Source: Candidatus Poribacteria bacterium
GTDB taxonomy: Bacteria > Poribacteria > WGA-4E > PCPOR2b
Reading direction: 5' to 3'
DNA: 64,000 bases
Assembly (NCBI GenBank): GCA_965215015.1
Contig: OZ244042.1
Location: 288,001-352,000, forward strand
Positions 21,101 through 29,661 of the stretch are shown here, in pieces. How positions within the stretch are numbered: the stretch's first letter is position 1; every line of letters starts with the position of its first letter. The notes under the pieces were generated by a model that was given only the letters and a program-made list of their open reading frames with translations, was not told the DNA's origin and did not search any database. The position numbers and the translations under genes are program-made.

Positions 21101-21277
21101 GCGTTGGAATGGGTAATCAACCAGTATTGCATCAAGACAGACAAACGCAGCAGCATCCTCAACGACCCGAACCGTCAGGAGGAGCCACAATATATTGTCA
21201 AGCTAATCGGAAAGGTGATCGCAGTCAGTTTGGAGACAGGGGCGATTGTCGATGGATTGCCGGGGCTTACATCGTGA
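18149..21277 (+). CDS. Single-chain restriction-modification enzyme (type IIG/ISP-like: nuclease, N6-adenine MTase, TRD; no helicase)
   Basis: VDG...WEAKD nuclease motif, GVVYTP, DPFVGTG, IGNPPY, ISP-type C-terminus YRLGNRSALEWVINQY. Confidence 0.88.
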   Translation: MPTLILKPTHKPIKAYYAAVKQFDRLGVTHETAVRSAFQSLLEYCARQFSLTLVPEHSITVHRNKRIVVDGALIDDFQLPHGYWEAKDIHDNLPIQVQRKFEAGYPRDNLLFQTPQRAILWQNGQQMLDVNLNDPMQLIEVLETFFSHRSQEYTQWEEAVAQFKDKVPALGDSLAALIQKEREANLHFTTAFEDFYEKCRQSINPNLSEAAVEEMLIQHLLTERIFRTVFSNPDFTDRNVIAREIETVIKALTEQAFSRDDFLRSLDRFYLAIERAAATINDFSQKQSFLNTVYEQFFQGFSVQVADTHGVVYTPQPIVDFMVRSVDQILKTEFGNGHREPAATRAATTISDREVHIIDPFVGTGNFIVRMMREIRPTALEDKYTAELHCNEVMLLPYYIASMNIEHEFYEAIGTYRPFEGICLVDTFELAEDRQLPLFAPENTQRVEAQKNTPMFVIIGNPPYNVGQVNDSDNNRNRKYPAMDARVAETYAKDSKAKLKSKLYDPYVKAIRWASDRIGEKGVVAFVTNNSFLDGVAFDGMRKHLADDFDAIYILDLGGNARKGLKASDANVFGIRVGVSINLFVKNGWAMNRPTTNRGGSVSARIFYYRTDDQWNKKRKFDFLNEYGHIGNVDWQTICPDARHTWLTEGLHAEFETFIPMGSQEAKAGKGEAVGVIFKTYSLGINTARDAWAYNFNRNALAENISGMIDTYNAEVDRWKRQVNWNANVDDFVVYDDKKIKWDRELRQHLKRERIAEYTEHKVRSSFYRPFTKSNLYFDRVMNNRVYVFPSIFPTPEAETENRVICVAGIGDRKGFGCLITNRIPALDLAFEKAQCFPFYTYDEDGTNRRENITDWALAQFRTHYRDDTITKHDIFHYVYALLHHPDYRERYQANLKRDLPRLPYTPDFWGFAKAGQRLGEIHIGYEEMPEYQLTFIENREVPLDWRVEKMKLSKDKTQIKYNDFLTLDGIPAKAFEYRLGNRSALEWVINQYCIKTDKRSSILNDPNRQEEPQYIVKLIGKVIAVSLETGAIVDGLPGLTS

Positions 21278-22242
21278 TCGATTGGAGGGTGGCAATCTGA
21301 AGATGCCCCCTCGCTTCCATTTCCCCACAACTAGTTATCCCGAAAATCCTTTAATCCAGTAAATCCTGATTCAGACAAGCTCAACCCTCCACGGGATACC
21401 CGCAAAGGCGTTTGACTATTTGGAGACAGGGGCGATTGTGAAAGGGTTGCCAGATTGGGCAATCTGAAGATCCGCCCTCCCTGCCATTTCCCCACAACTA
21501 GTTATCCTGAAAATCCGCTAATCCACTAAATCCCGATTCAGACAAGATATTATCAAAATTATCCGAAAGGTGATCACGGTCAGTTCGGAGACAGGGGCGA
21601 TTGTGAAAGGATTGCCAGATTGGGCAATCTGAAGAGGCACCCTCGCTTCCATTGCCCCACAACTAGTTATCCTGTAGTTATCCTGAAAATCCTTTAATCC
21701 AGTAAATCCTGATTCAGACAAGCTCAACCCTCCACGGGACACCCGCAAAGGCGTTTGACTATTTGGAGACAGGGGCGATTGTGAAAGGATTGCCAGATTG
21801 GGCAATCTGAAGAGGCACCCTCCCTGCCATTGCCCCACAATTAGTTATCCTGAAAATCCTTTAATCCACTAAATCCCGATTCAGACAAGATATTATCAAA
21901 ATTATCCGAAAGGTGATCACGGTCAGTTCGGAGACAGGGGCGATTGTGAAAGGATTGCCAGATTGGGCAATCTGAAGATCCGCCCTCCCTGCCATTGCCC
22001 CACAACTAGTTATCCTGAAAATCCGCTAATCCACTAAATCCCGATTCAGACAAGATATTATCAAAATTATCCGAAAGGTAATCACAGTCAGTTTGGAGAC
22101 GGGGGCGATTGTCGATGGATTGCCGGGGCTTACATCGTGATCGATTGGAGGGTAGCAATCTGAAGATGCCCCCTCGCTTCCATTTCCCCACAACTAGTTA
22201 TCCTGAAAATCCTTTAATCCACTAAATCCTGATTCAGACAAG
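21190..22242 (+). repeat. Six tandem 165-188 bp units, each an R-M gene 3' fragment plus an AATCC-rich repeat
   Basis: Units end in GATTCAGACAAG at 21379, 21546, 21722, 21889, 22054, 22242. Confidence 0.92.
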
Positions 22243-22243
22243 C

Positions 22244-22777
22244 TCAACCCTCCCGTCTAGCGCGACGCCGGGTGATTCGGCGTTGGGCTTTACGGTCTCC
22301 ATCATCCTCCGTGTTTGTCGTTCGTTGACGGTGTCGTAACCGTTCCCGTACACGGGGCCTATTGTCTGTGGACTCTGATGCTAGGTGATTTGAGCGAGCG
22401 TACCGGCTCCGGTTGAGCGTCCGTTGAATTGGGAGATGATCCTGACGTTCTCCAACACGACGATTGGGGGTTGTCCCTTGGATTGACCTTTGAGCAGGAG
22501 CACGTTGAACAGGCTTCTCATCCGCACGGTAACTATCATGCGGATTCGGATCGATATGCATCCGATAGTCCAATTCAGATACGTCGCCGTAATATTGGCG
22601 ATATTGGGACAGCTGCCAAGCGTCATAGAAGAAGCTTGGCGGGAGACTATCATAAAACTCCACATCGTTTTCATAGACCAACTGTTCCTCTTCAAGAGGG
22701 ACAGTGCGGATGCTGCACCCCGCCACAAACATGGCTGCAAGTGAAATCACCAACACAATATGAAAGCGAAATTTCAT
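22244..22777 (-). CDS. Hypothetical lipoprotein with Arg-rich disordered tail
   Basis: Signal peptide with VAGC lipobox; RBS GAGGA. Confidence 0.7.
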   Translation of the reverse strand: MKFRFHIVLVISLAAMFVAGCSIRTVPLEEEQLVYENDVEFYDSLPPSFFYDAWQLSQYRQYYGDVSELDYRMHIDPNPHDSYRADEKPVQRAPAQRSIQGTTPNRRVGERQDHLPIQRTLNRSRYARSNHLASESTDNRPRVRERLRHRQRTTNTEDDGDRKAQRRITRRRARREG

Positions 22778-22815
22778 GATAGTCCTCTATTTCGTCGGAT
22801 TTGCTGCCTGTACCA

Positions 22816-23739
22816 CTAATCTCCCCATACGGATCCACGTGGCACCCACAACCATTGCTGTCCCGGATAGAGTCGCTGCCGATCGAAGTCGTAGTCGTCC
22901 TGATTTGCTTCGGCGAGCCGGGGCCACAGTTCGGCATCGTCGTATACTTCTGGACGTGAGGCAATTATTGCAAGCGTATCTCCTTCACGTACAAGGTATC
23001 GGTCAACCTTCTCCGGGGAGACGATTGTAAAGCTAAAGGTGCGCCCCGAAGCCAAGGTATTGCCAGCGGCGGCGGTATCTTTGACACCCGATATATTGAC
23101 AGTATACTTACGCCCTGATCGATACGGTTCGTTGGAGGAAAATGTAATTGTGTTCCCACTGCCAGAAACAGTACCAGCAATCTCGCCAGATTGTTCGGTA
23201 GCAGAATCCGGCGTTGACTCAACGGAAACAGTTAAAGTACCAGAGGCGCTGTCAACATCTTCGCTGAAGGTGATTGAAATAGGAACACTCACACTCAACG
23301 AGTCTTCATACTCCGATATGACTGTCCCATCCGCGGGGCTGACTCCCGTGATTGTTGGAGCGGTTGCGTCGGTGTAGGTAAATTGCTGGCTTATTGTAAC
23401 AGTGCCCTCTGGTTTCGTATTGCCGTTGTTGGTTACAACGACTGAAACCGATTCGCCTGCCATCCCCGGCGGTGTCACTGCCGTAATCTCCATTGCACTG
23501 GGAACATTTACGCTTGTGGCATTCTTCCCGCCTATCTTCACCGTAACACCATTTTTCATATCAAACTTTTCACCCGTAATTCGGATGGTTGTCCCACCGG
23601 TCTCGGGGCCTTCCGTTGGACTGAAACTTGCTGGCTCAGGGGGCGGATTGCAGCCGCTGCATCCGGAAATCCCAACCAATATAAATGCAAATGCAATAAC
23701 CGTTGAAATATTTCTGAGTGTTTTCATTAGTGTTTTCAT
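22816..23739 (-). CDS. Lipoprotein with IPT/TIG, Ig-like (Big_5) and LysM domains
   Basis: ISGC lipobox; SPTEGPETGGTTIRITG; PTITGVSPADG..ITFSEDVD; YLVREGDTLAIIA. Confidence 0.85.
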   Translation of the reverse strand: MKTLMKTLRNISTVIAFAFILVGISGCSGCNPPPEPASFSPTEGPETGGTTIRITGEKFDMKNGVTVKIGGKNATSVNVPSAMEITAVTPPGMAGESVSVVVTNNGNTKPEGTVTISQQFTYTDATAPTITGVSPADGTVISEYEDSLSVSVPISITFSEDVDSASGTLTVSVESTPDSATEQSGEIAGTVSGSGNTITFSSNEPYRSGRKYTVNISGVKDTAAAGNTLASGRTFSFTIVSPEKVDRYLVREGDTLAIIASRPEVYDDAELWPRLAEANQDDYDFDRQRLYPGQQWLWVPRGSVWGD

Positions 23740-23938
23740 TTAGGTCATTCTCCTGAACGTTTGGACTACAATATCAAGTCGTCTGTTGAAACGCTGGAGG
23801 GCAGTCAAAACTCAGGCATTCTCGATAAAACAAAAAAGCGCGCCGTTGTGAGGACTTTCACTGCGTGGGGGATGACATTGTAGTATTGAAATTCAAAACC
23901 CTTGATACCAAAGATAAATTAAACAATAGCTTCTTACT

Positions 23939-23967
23939 AGTATACAGATTGATGGGCAGTTTGTCAA
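23939..23967 (-). promoter_or_regulatory. sigma70 promoter for the LysM lipoprotein operon
   Basis: Minus strand TTGACA, 17 nt, TATACT. Confidence 0.7.
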
Positions 23968-24421
23968 CACTTTTTATGAATGTGTAAAAATTTGCAATGG
24001 TCGTAATGGGGTTCATGGGCAGTGGAATACCGCTCAATGCAAAATCTACCATTACCACCCCTGTTAGCGTACGAACCACCGCACAGCGTAGTTGCCTGCG
24101 ATATCCTCAAATGCCAATGTGTACGGGGCGCACTTTGCAGCCTTGCGAGAAGGTATCGGCAAGGTCGTGACCCGATTCGGGCTAGACTGCTCCTTCGGTG
24201 TCGTGTGAGAGCACCTCGCGCCATTCGTCGCGCATATAAAAACTATACAGATCGAAGTCATAAATAAAATTCTGGCTTGGTGCATTGGTCCCACCTTGCG
24301 CTCGGTTAGAAATGCTGTCCAAAGTTTCTGAATGAGACATATACCACACAACGGCTTAAATATTGTGTTTAATTTTTGATAGAATCATGATACAATTGGA
24401 AAAAGCATCAGGGGAGGATAT

Positions 24422-25297
24422 ATGTTCATTCTTAGATTTGATGTTGAAAGCGCGTACGCGCTCCACCCAAGCATTGAATCCAACGGGAACTGGCAAATCT
24501 GGCTCGAGGAAACTCTCACTAGTGTTGAACAGATTACGCGGGTTTTGAAGCGATATGATGCGCCGGCAACCTTTTGTATCGTGGGGAAGGTGCTGGAAAG
24601 AGCAGGTGATGATCTCGCTGACTTGCTGAAAGACAATCCGCTTTTCGACATCGCGTCGCATACTTACAGCCACATGGGAATTTCAAGTACCGAACCCGCG
24701 GTACTTCGACAGTTCAGGGCCGAACTTGAGCAGACATCAGACCTTATCGCGCAATATTTTGGGATAGGTCCAATTGGTTTTTGTGCACCCGGTGGTTTCT
24801 ACAAAGGGCTACAGGGACATCCAAAGCAGCTCGGTATCTTGTCGGAGCAGGAATACCAGTTTATTATTACCGATGGCGTGGGACCACCAGAACAGCCGAT
24901 GCCTGCCCCTTTCACCCAGCCGTACTGGTACGTTGAAGATGGATACCCGGAACTGTTTGAAATACCAGTCACTGGGTGGCATTGTAATTTGCTATTCAAT
25001 ACGGGACACCAGAGTGATGGCTGGCAACCCGCTCCCGGATTTGCGGACGGAACGATTCTAGAGAGGTTGCCCGCGACGGTAGAAGAGGGGTTTCAAGCAC
25101 GAAAAAAGGAGTTTCAGTACGCCATTGAGCGCAATCTCGTTTATGCGCCCGCGATGCATCCGTGGTCGGTGTACCGCTTTGATTCGGAACTGAAGCACAT
25201 TGAATGGTTAATTGAAATGGCACAGGAAGAGAACGTACCAATTATGAACTGTTATCAGCTCTATGAGAAGTACCGGGATTTAGCAGCGGCAGCCTAA
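24422..25297 (+). CDS. Polysaccharide deacetylase family protein
   Basis: FDVE, ATFCIVG, IASHTYSH, GFCAPGG, MHPW. Confidence 0.85.
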   Translation: MFILRFDVESAYALHPSIESNGNWQIWLEETLTSVEQITRVLKRYDAPATFCIVGKVLERAGDDLADLLKDNPLFDIASHTYSHMGISSTEPAVLRQFRAELEQTSDLIAQYFGIGPIGFCAPGGFYKGLQGHPKQLGILSEQEYQFIITDGVGPPEQPMPAPFTQPYWYVEDGYPELFEIPVTGWHCNLLFNTGHQSDGWQPAPGFADGTILERLPATVEEGFQARKKEFQYAIERNLVYAPAMHPWSVYRFDSELKHIEWLIEMAQEENVPIMNCYQLYEKYRDLAAAA

Positions 25298-25388
25298 CAA
25301 GGATATCAGGTAGTCGCGCCAACAAGGGATAAGTTAGAGACCTTTGTTACAACATTTCACCATTTTTTCTTGGGAGGTGCCATCCATT

Positions 25389-26594
25389 ATGACTACGATT
25401 AATACTCCAATTCTCAACGATCAACAGATAGCGGACTTCCATGAGAACGGCTATGCGATTGTTCGCAATGTACTCTCCCCTGACGAAGCGGATAAATTTC
25501 GTCGTGTCGTCCAAGAACAAGCACAATACAATTCATACCCGGCTTCGCTGAAGTATCCCGAACCGGGGAAGTATACGATCAGCGGAAATAAGATGGCTGA
25601 GTCAAGTCTTGCCTCGATTGCCGAACATCCGACGGTTGTGAATGCCGTTGAGTGCGCGCTCGGTCAGCCAGCGCATCTGACCGCTTTCGTGGCGTACCTG
25701 CGGAGTCCGGGCGATCGAGGCTCTGGGGGGCACTGTGACTACAAACGTTGGCGTCCAGTCGGCTCATCCATGAACTGGGTGTTCGCTATCATTCCGCTGA
25801 CCGATTTCGATGAAGTGTATGGCCCCTTTATGGTGTCCCCCAAATCTCATAAGTTGGCTCAGGTTATCGACGAGGAAGCGCATATCTTGGATCTCACCCG
25901 TCCCGATGCCAAGCAACTCGCCCCCTTTATCGATCCGGAACTCAAGGCAGGTGATTTACTAATCACAAATCAGCATACGTGGCATAGAGCACCCGCTGGC
26001 ACGGCTACAGACGACCGTTGTGGAATTTTCCATAAATATTGTGCAGTCAATGCCCCTCCCTCCGCAGGCTACTATCCTTATAATTCCGCGGCCCTTAACG
26101 CACTAAGCGATGCCGGTAAACGCCTTATCCCTGTCTGTTTCGACAAGCCTATCGCAACCGCGCGCTTGCTGGTCGAATGTCCGTCTGACAATGAATCGAA
26201 ATACTTGCTGCTGCACGACGATGAGAGTGCCCGGTGGGAATTGCCCGGTGGGGAAGGCTGGGAAGAAGAAGGCGTCGGCTGGGACATCGGCGCGCGTATT
26301 GCTTCTCTGCAAGATCTTACAAAAACACAGCTCGGATTGGACGTTCCATGGATGTCCTATATCGAGGATGTTGAAAAGGCAGACGGTATATGCCGTGTGT
26401 ACGGCTACTCCGATGCGTCGTTGGGGTCTAAGCAACTCACCAATGGTTGTTACGACTGGGTTACGAAAGATCGCGTGGAACAGATGCTTGGTGATAACGA
26501 CTATATCTGTCACGCCATCCACACATGGCACCGAGAGGACATCATTCGGGGCAAAGGCAAAGCGTGTCGTCAGAGTAAAGAGCAATTCGACTAA
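25389..26594 (+). CDS. PhyH-family dioxygenase fused to a degenerate Nudix-like domain
   Basis: HCD motif, SPKSH, TWHRA; C-terminal YLLL...WELPGG. Confidence 0.8.
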   Translation: MTTINTPILNDQQIADFHENGYAIVRNVLSPDEADKFRRVVQEQAQYNSYPASLKYPEPGKYTISGNKMAESSLASIAEHPTVVNAVECALGQPAHLTAFVAYLRSPGDRGSGGHCDYKRWRPVGSSMNWVFAIIPLTDFDEVYGPFMVSPKSHKLAQVIDEEAHILDLTRPDAKQLAPFIDPELKAGDLLITNQHTWHRAPAGTATDDRCGIFHKYCAVNAPPSAGYYPYNSAALNALSDAGKRLIPVCFDKPIATARLLVECPSDNESKYLLLHDDESARWELPGGEGWEEEGVGWDIGARIASLQDLTKTQLGLDVPWMSYIEDVEKADGICRVYGYSDASLGSKQLTNGCYDWVTKDRVEQMLGDNDYICHAIHTWHREDIIRGKGKACRQSKEQFD

Positions 26595-26846
26595 ATTTGC
26601 GCCGGAGGCCTCCGGCGCAATCTCACGATACAAGGCATAAGTTGCTATCTATCATATTTGGGGAACGCAATGAGTAGATAGGGGCTTTTCTCTGAATTTA
26701 ACGCAAAGATGCCCCCTTACCCCCCTCGGTCCCCCCGCAAGCAGGGGGAGGTGCAAGGGGGGGACTAAAGGGGTCCAGTACCGCTTCGGTTGCCCTCCCA
26801 AGGGAATGCTTACCGCATCATGGATTCACAATTTCATCGGGAGAGC

Positions 26847-27363
26847 TGAAAAAACGAAACTAGAACCTTCCCTGACGAAGGGGAAGACGGTTGTCTCGTT
26901 TTCTTCTTTTTGCGTTCCCCTTCCCCCTGCTAAATACCCGGTGGGTTGTCCGTCAGTTCCTGGCTCATTGAGCCTACCCCCCTCAATCCCCCCCCAAGCA
27001 GGGGGAAGAGATACCGTGTGGGTATTCGGGCCTGAGGGGGGTGCGTCCAAGCGTTTTATTAAAAGCCAGTAATTCATTACTTATCCCCTTTGGGGAATAG
27101 CGGATTCGACAGTGCCGCCTGATAGGTTTGTCGTCTGCCGGACTGATCGCCGCCGAGCCATCGGTATTGCCTCGGATAGAGCGTCAGGGACCGGTCTTCC
27201 AGCGGCAGCTTCAGCGGGACACTGCCCCACAGGGCGGAATACTTGGCGGCGACCGCCGCTTCGAGGGACTGGCGTAGGTGAAGAAACGAAACTAGAACCT
27301 TCCCTGACGAAGGGGAAGACGGTTGTCTCGTTTTCTTCTTTTTACGTTCCACTTCCCCCTGCT
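26847..27363. repeat. Partial duplication of the oxidoreductase 3' end with interspersed palindromic repeats
   Basis: 27088-27279 matches 27389-27580; 26847-26931 matches 27279-27363; about 26929-27016 matches about 54218-54306. Confidence 0.9.
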
Positions 27364-28466
27364 TGCGGGGGGACTGAGGGGGGTGCCTCTTTGGGGAATA
27401 GCGGATCCGACAGTGCCGCCTGATAGGTTTGTCGTCTGCCGGACTGATCGCCGCCGAGCCATCGGTATTGCCTCGGATAGAGTGTCAGGGAGCGGTCTTC
27501 CAGCGGCAGCTTCAGCGGGACACTGCCCCACAGGGCGGAATACTTGGCGGCGACCGCCGCTTCGAGGGACTGGCGTAGGTCATGCCCCGATATGGCCAGC
27601 TCCCCTCCGTTTGACACCACGTCGAGGAAAGACATAATCGATGTTGCCATATAGGTGAAACGGGGATATTGCACCGGGGTGTAGAAAGTTTCCACCTTAA
27701 TCCGGGCCCCGTTCGGATCAAAACCACGATAGATTTCGGGGGGTGCCCAATCCCATCGAATGAGTGTATCGTCAGTCCATACGTCAACGCCCCGGTAAGG
27801 GGTCTCCTCACCGAAAACGGGACAGATGAGACCGTTGCTCAGACGAAATTGCCCGTTGATAATCAAACCATCGTCGTTGTCGCCTTGAAGTGCTGCTTCA
27901 GGTGTGCCCCAAGCGATTACCTCGGTTATCTCTGCCTGTGCTAGGAGCCGCAGCACAGCAATATGCTGACACCCGCCGCCCGATATCTCGCCGCCCCAGC
28001 GGTGGATGCAGGTGCCGCGTAGTTCACCGTAGTTACCAGCGCGGAGCCAACCAGCAACCTCTTGGACCTCCGAAAGTGCCCGCTGGAGGTTCCCCCCGGC
28101 AAAGACGACGCCGCGTTCCTCACATACCTCAACCATTTCATCGGCATCTGCCAGACACGCCCCAATTGGCTTGTCGGTGGACACGCCTTTGACTCCCGCT
28201 TCAGCACTTGCAATCACCGCGTCTTTTATATACTTGCCGGGCAAAACGACAGCGGCAATGTCCGGGACAATTTCGCGGTACATAGCTTCCGCGTCCGGGT
28301 ACAGTGCTTTGATGCCAAAACGTTCACCGACAGCGCGCCGCCGCTCCGGGTTGTGTTCAGCAATGGCAACCAACTCGGTATTCGGCAGTGTCTGATACAC
28401 CTCCGCGTAGTGCTGACCGAGGCGTCCGCAACCAATAATCGCAACGGTATATTTGGGATCAGCCAT
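27342..28466 (-). CDS. Gfo/Idh/MocA family oxidoreductase
   Basis: VAIIGCGRLG, STDKPI, GGGCQH; RBS AGGAGG. Confidence 0.9.
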   Translation of the reverse strand: MADPKYTVAIIGCGRLGQHYAEVYQTLPNTELVAIAEHNPERRRAVGERFGIKALYPDAEAMYREIVPDIAAVVLPGKYIKDAVIASAEAGVKGVSTDKPIGACLADADEMVEVCEERGVVFAGGNLQRALSEVQEVAGWLRAGNYGELRGTCIHRWGGEISGGGCQHIAVLRLLAQAEITEVIAWGTPEAALQGDNDDGLIINGQFRLSNGLICPVFGEETPYRGVDVWTDDTLIRWDWAPPEIYRGFDPNGARIKVETFYTPVQYPRFTYMATSIMSFLDVVSNGGELAISGHDLRQSLEAAVAAKYSALWGSVPLKLPLEDRSLTLYPRQYRWLGGDQSGRRQTYQAALSDPLFPKEAPPSVPPQAGGSGT

Positions 28467-28685
28467 GAATGCCTCCTTCTTGCTATGTCTCAGTAGGATA
28501 TCTTAAAATCATTATAGCACAACGGCATCAGCAGGTCTACAGAATTTGCGAGTCTATTCAGGGCAATCGTATGTAAATATTGTGCAGGATTGACGCACTT
28601 TGATTGCGAAAATCATCTCCCATTTCATACCCTCTACGACTATGACTTTGGCACATAGCAATGCAAAATCCAATCGTAGACATAG

Positions 28686-28790
28686 GTTTCCAACCTATGA
28701 TCGCCCGCAGAGCCCCGATGGATCAGGAATTCCGCTGCACTGCAACCTCCCTTGATGAAATCGGGGTTAGCAAACCTGCGCCACGAGGGG
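28686..28790 (+). repeat. Dispersed repeat of about 105 bp, second copy at about 39876-39978
   Basis: Shared GTTTCCAACCT..ATCGCCCGCAGAGCCCCGATGGATCAGGA..TCCGCTGC.CTGCAACCT...ATCGGGGT.AGCAAACCTGCGC. Confidence 0.85.
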
Positions 28791-29053
28791 TGAACCCACG
28801 GTTCTAATTGCTCAGTTGCCTAATTTCTATAACAAATGCAATTCCCCTATGAGTCCACCCGATTGCTAAATAAACGCAAAGTCACAAAGACGCAAGAGGT
28901 ATTCAGATTGAAAGGTTAGAAGTGTAGAAGGATAGGGCACTCAGATATATCGGTTTCTTTAGAGGTCAACTTGAATAAAATAATCCTGCCAATCCTTTCA
29001 GCCTGAAAGTCCTGATTCAGACAATAATTATGAGCACCTCTTAAATAAATCCG

Positions 29054-29143
29054 TAGGGACATTTAATTCCCCTGTAGGAGGGATTTCCCAATCCCGGCTC
29101 CATCGCTCAGACAGGGAGAAAACCGAAAACTAAATAGCCCCTA
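29054..29143. mobile_element. MITE-like element of about 90 bp, second copy at 33759-33846
   Basis: Imperfect TIRs TAGGGACATTTA.TT / AACTAAATAGCCCCTA and similar interiors in both copies. Confidence 0.65.
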
Positions 29144-29183
29144 GGAGTTATCCACTTCTCAGCTCGTAGTCGCGCGTTCGTAT

Positions 29184-29292
29184 AGTTCTCCCCTGCCTGT
29201 GGGGGAGTTAGAGGGGGTTTAGTTCTCCCCTGCTTGCGGGGGAGTTAGAGGGGGTTTGGTTCTCCCCTGCTTGCGGAGGAGTTGAGGGGTTT
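29184..29292 (+). repeat. Three tandem 37-bp palindromic units without spacers
   Basis: GTTCTCCCCTGCTTGCGGGGGAGTTAGAGGGGGTTT; related CCCCCGCAAGCAGGGGG palindromes near 26730, 26990, 27355, 54278, 54330. Confidence 0.85.
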
Positions 29293-29381
29293 CATTATTC
29301 CCGTCCCGATAAAGCAGCCGGAGTTGGTTTCAAGCGTTCAACTACGTAATTCCTATGGACCTAATAAATCTGAGAAAAAGG

Positions 29382-29410
29382 TTGACAGTTTTTAGCAGCT
29401 ACGATAGAAT
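29382..29410 (+). promoter_or_regulatory. sigma70 promoter
   Basis: TTGACA(29382-29387), 17 nt, TAGAAT(29405-29410). Confidence 0.7.
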
Positions 29411-29454
29411 AAAAAAGCATTTTTCACTCAACTATGATTGGACAGGATCAGCCA

Positions 29455-29588
29455 AAGTCGCCAAGGTTGTGATACAAGGCTGTTATCCAAGAGTAGATTT
29501 CGTTGCCCCGATGCCCAGACCAGGGCGTGCTAGCCTCCCCTACTGAGCCGGGGTAAGCGTCCCACGCTTTAGTATGGGAGCATGTCAC
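29455..29588 (+). mobile_element. IS200/IS605/IS607-family end remnant
   Basis: Hairpin TCCCACGC-TTTA-GTATGGGA followed by GCATGTCAC, resembling right ends of tnpB-carrying elements. Confidence 0.45.
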
Positions 29589-29661
29589 AGGGTAGCTGTA
29601 GCTTTTATCTAAACGCTTAGTGTTTTTGGGCGAGAATTATTCTCAATCAAAGGAGGAGAAA

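Noticed and set aside
21278-22242. CRISPR array, DGR template repeat, or small minus-strand genes
   Set aside because: Units are too long and derive from the adjacent gene; differences do not look restricted to adenines; there is no reverse transcriptase in the window; ORFs 21518-21838 and 22006-22191 are repeat translations
23964-24351. Overlapping short ORFs
   Set aside because: No RBS or family motif; possibly a decayed gene but not supportable
26806-27352. Short ORFs of 83-91 aa
   Set aside because: Composed of repeats and the duplicated gene tail
29184-29292. Mini-CRISPR of 37-bp repeats
   Set aside because: No spacers between the units
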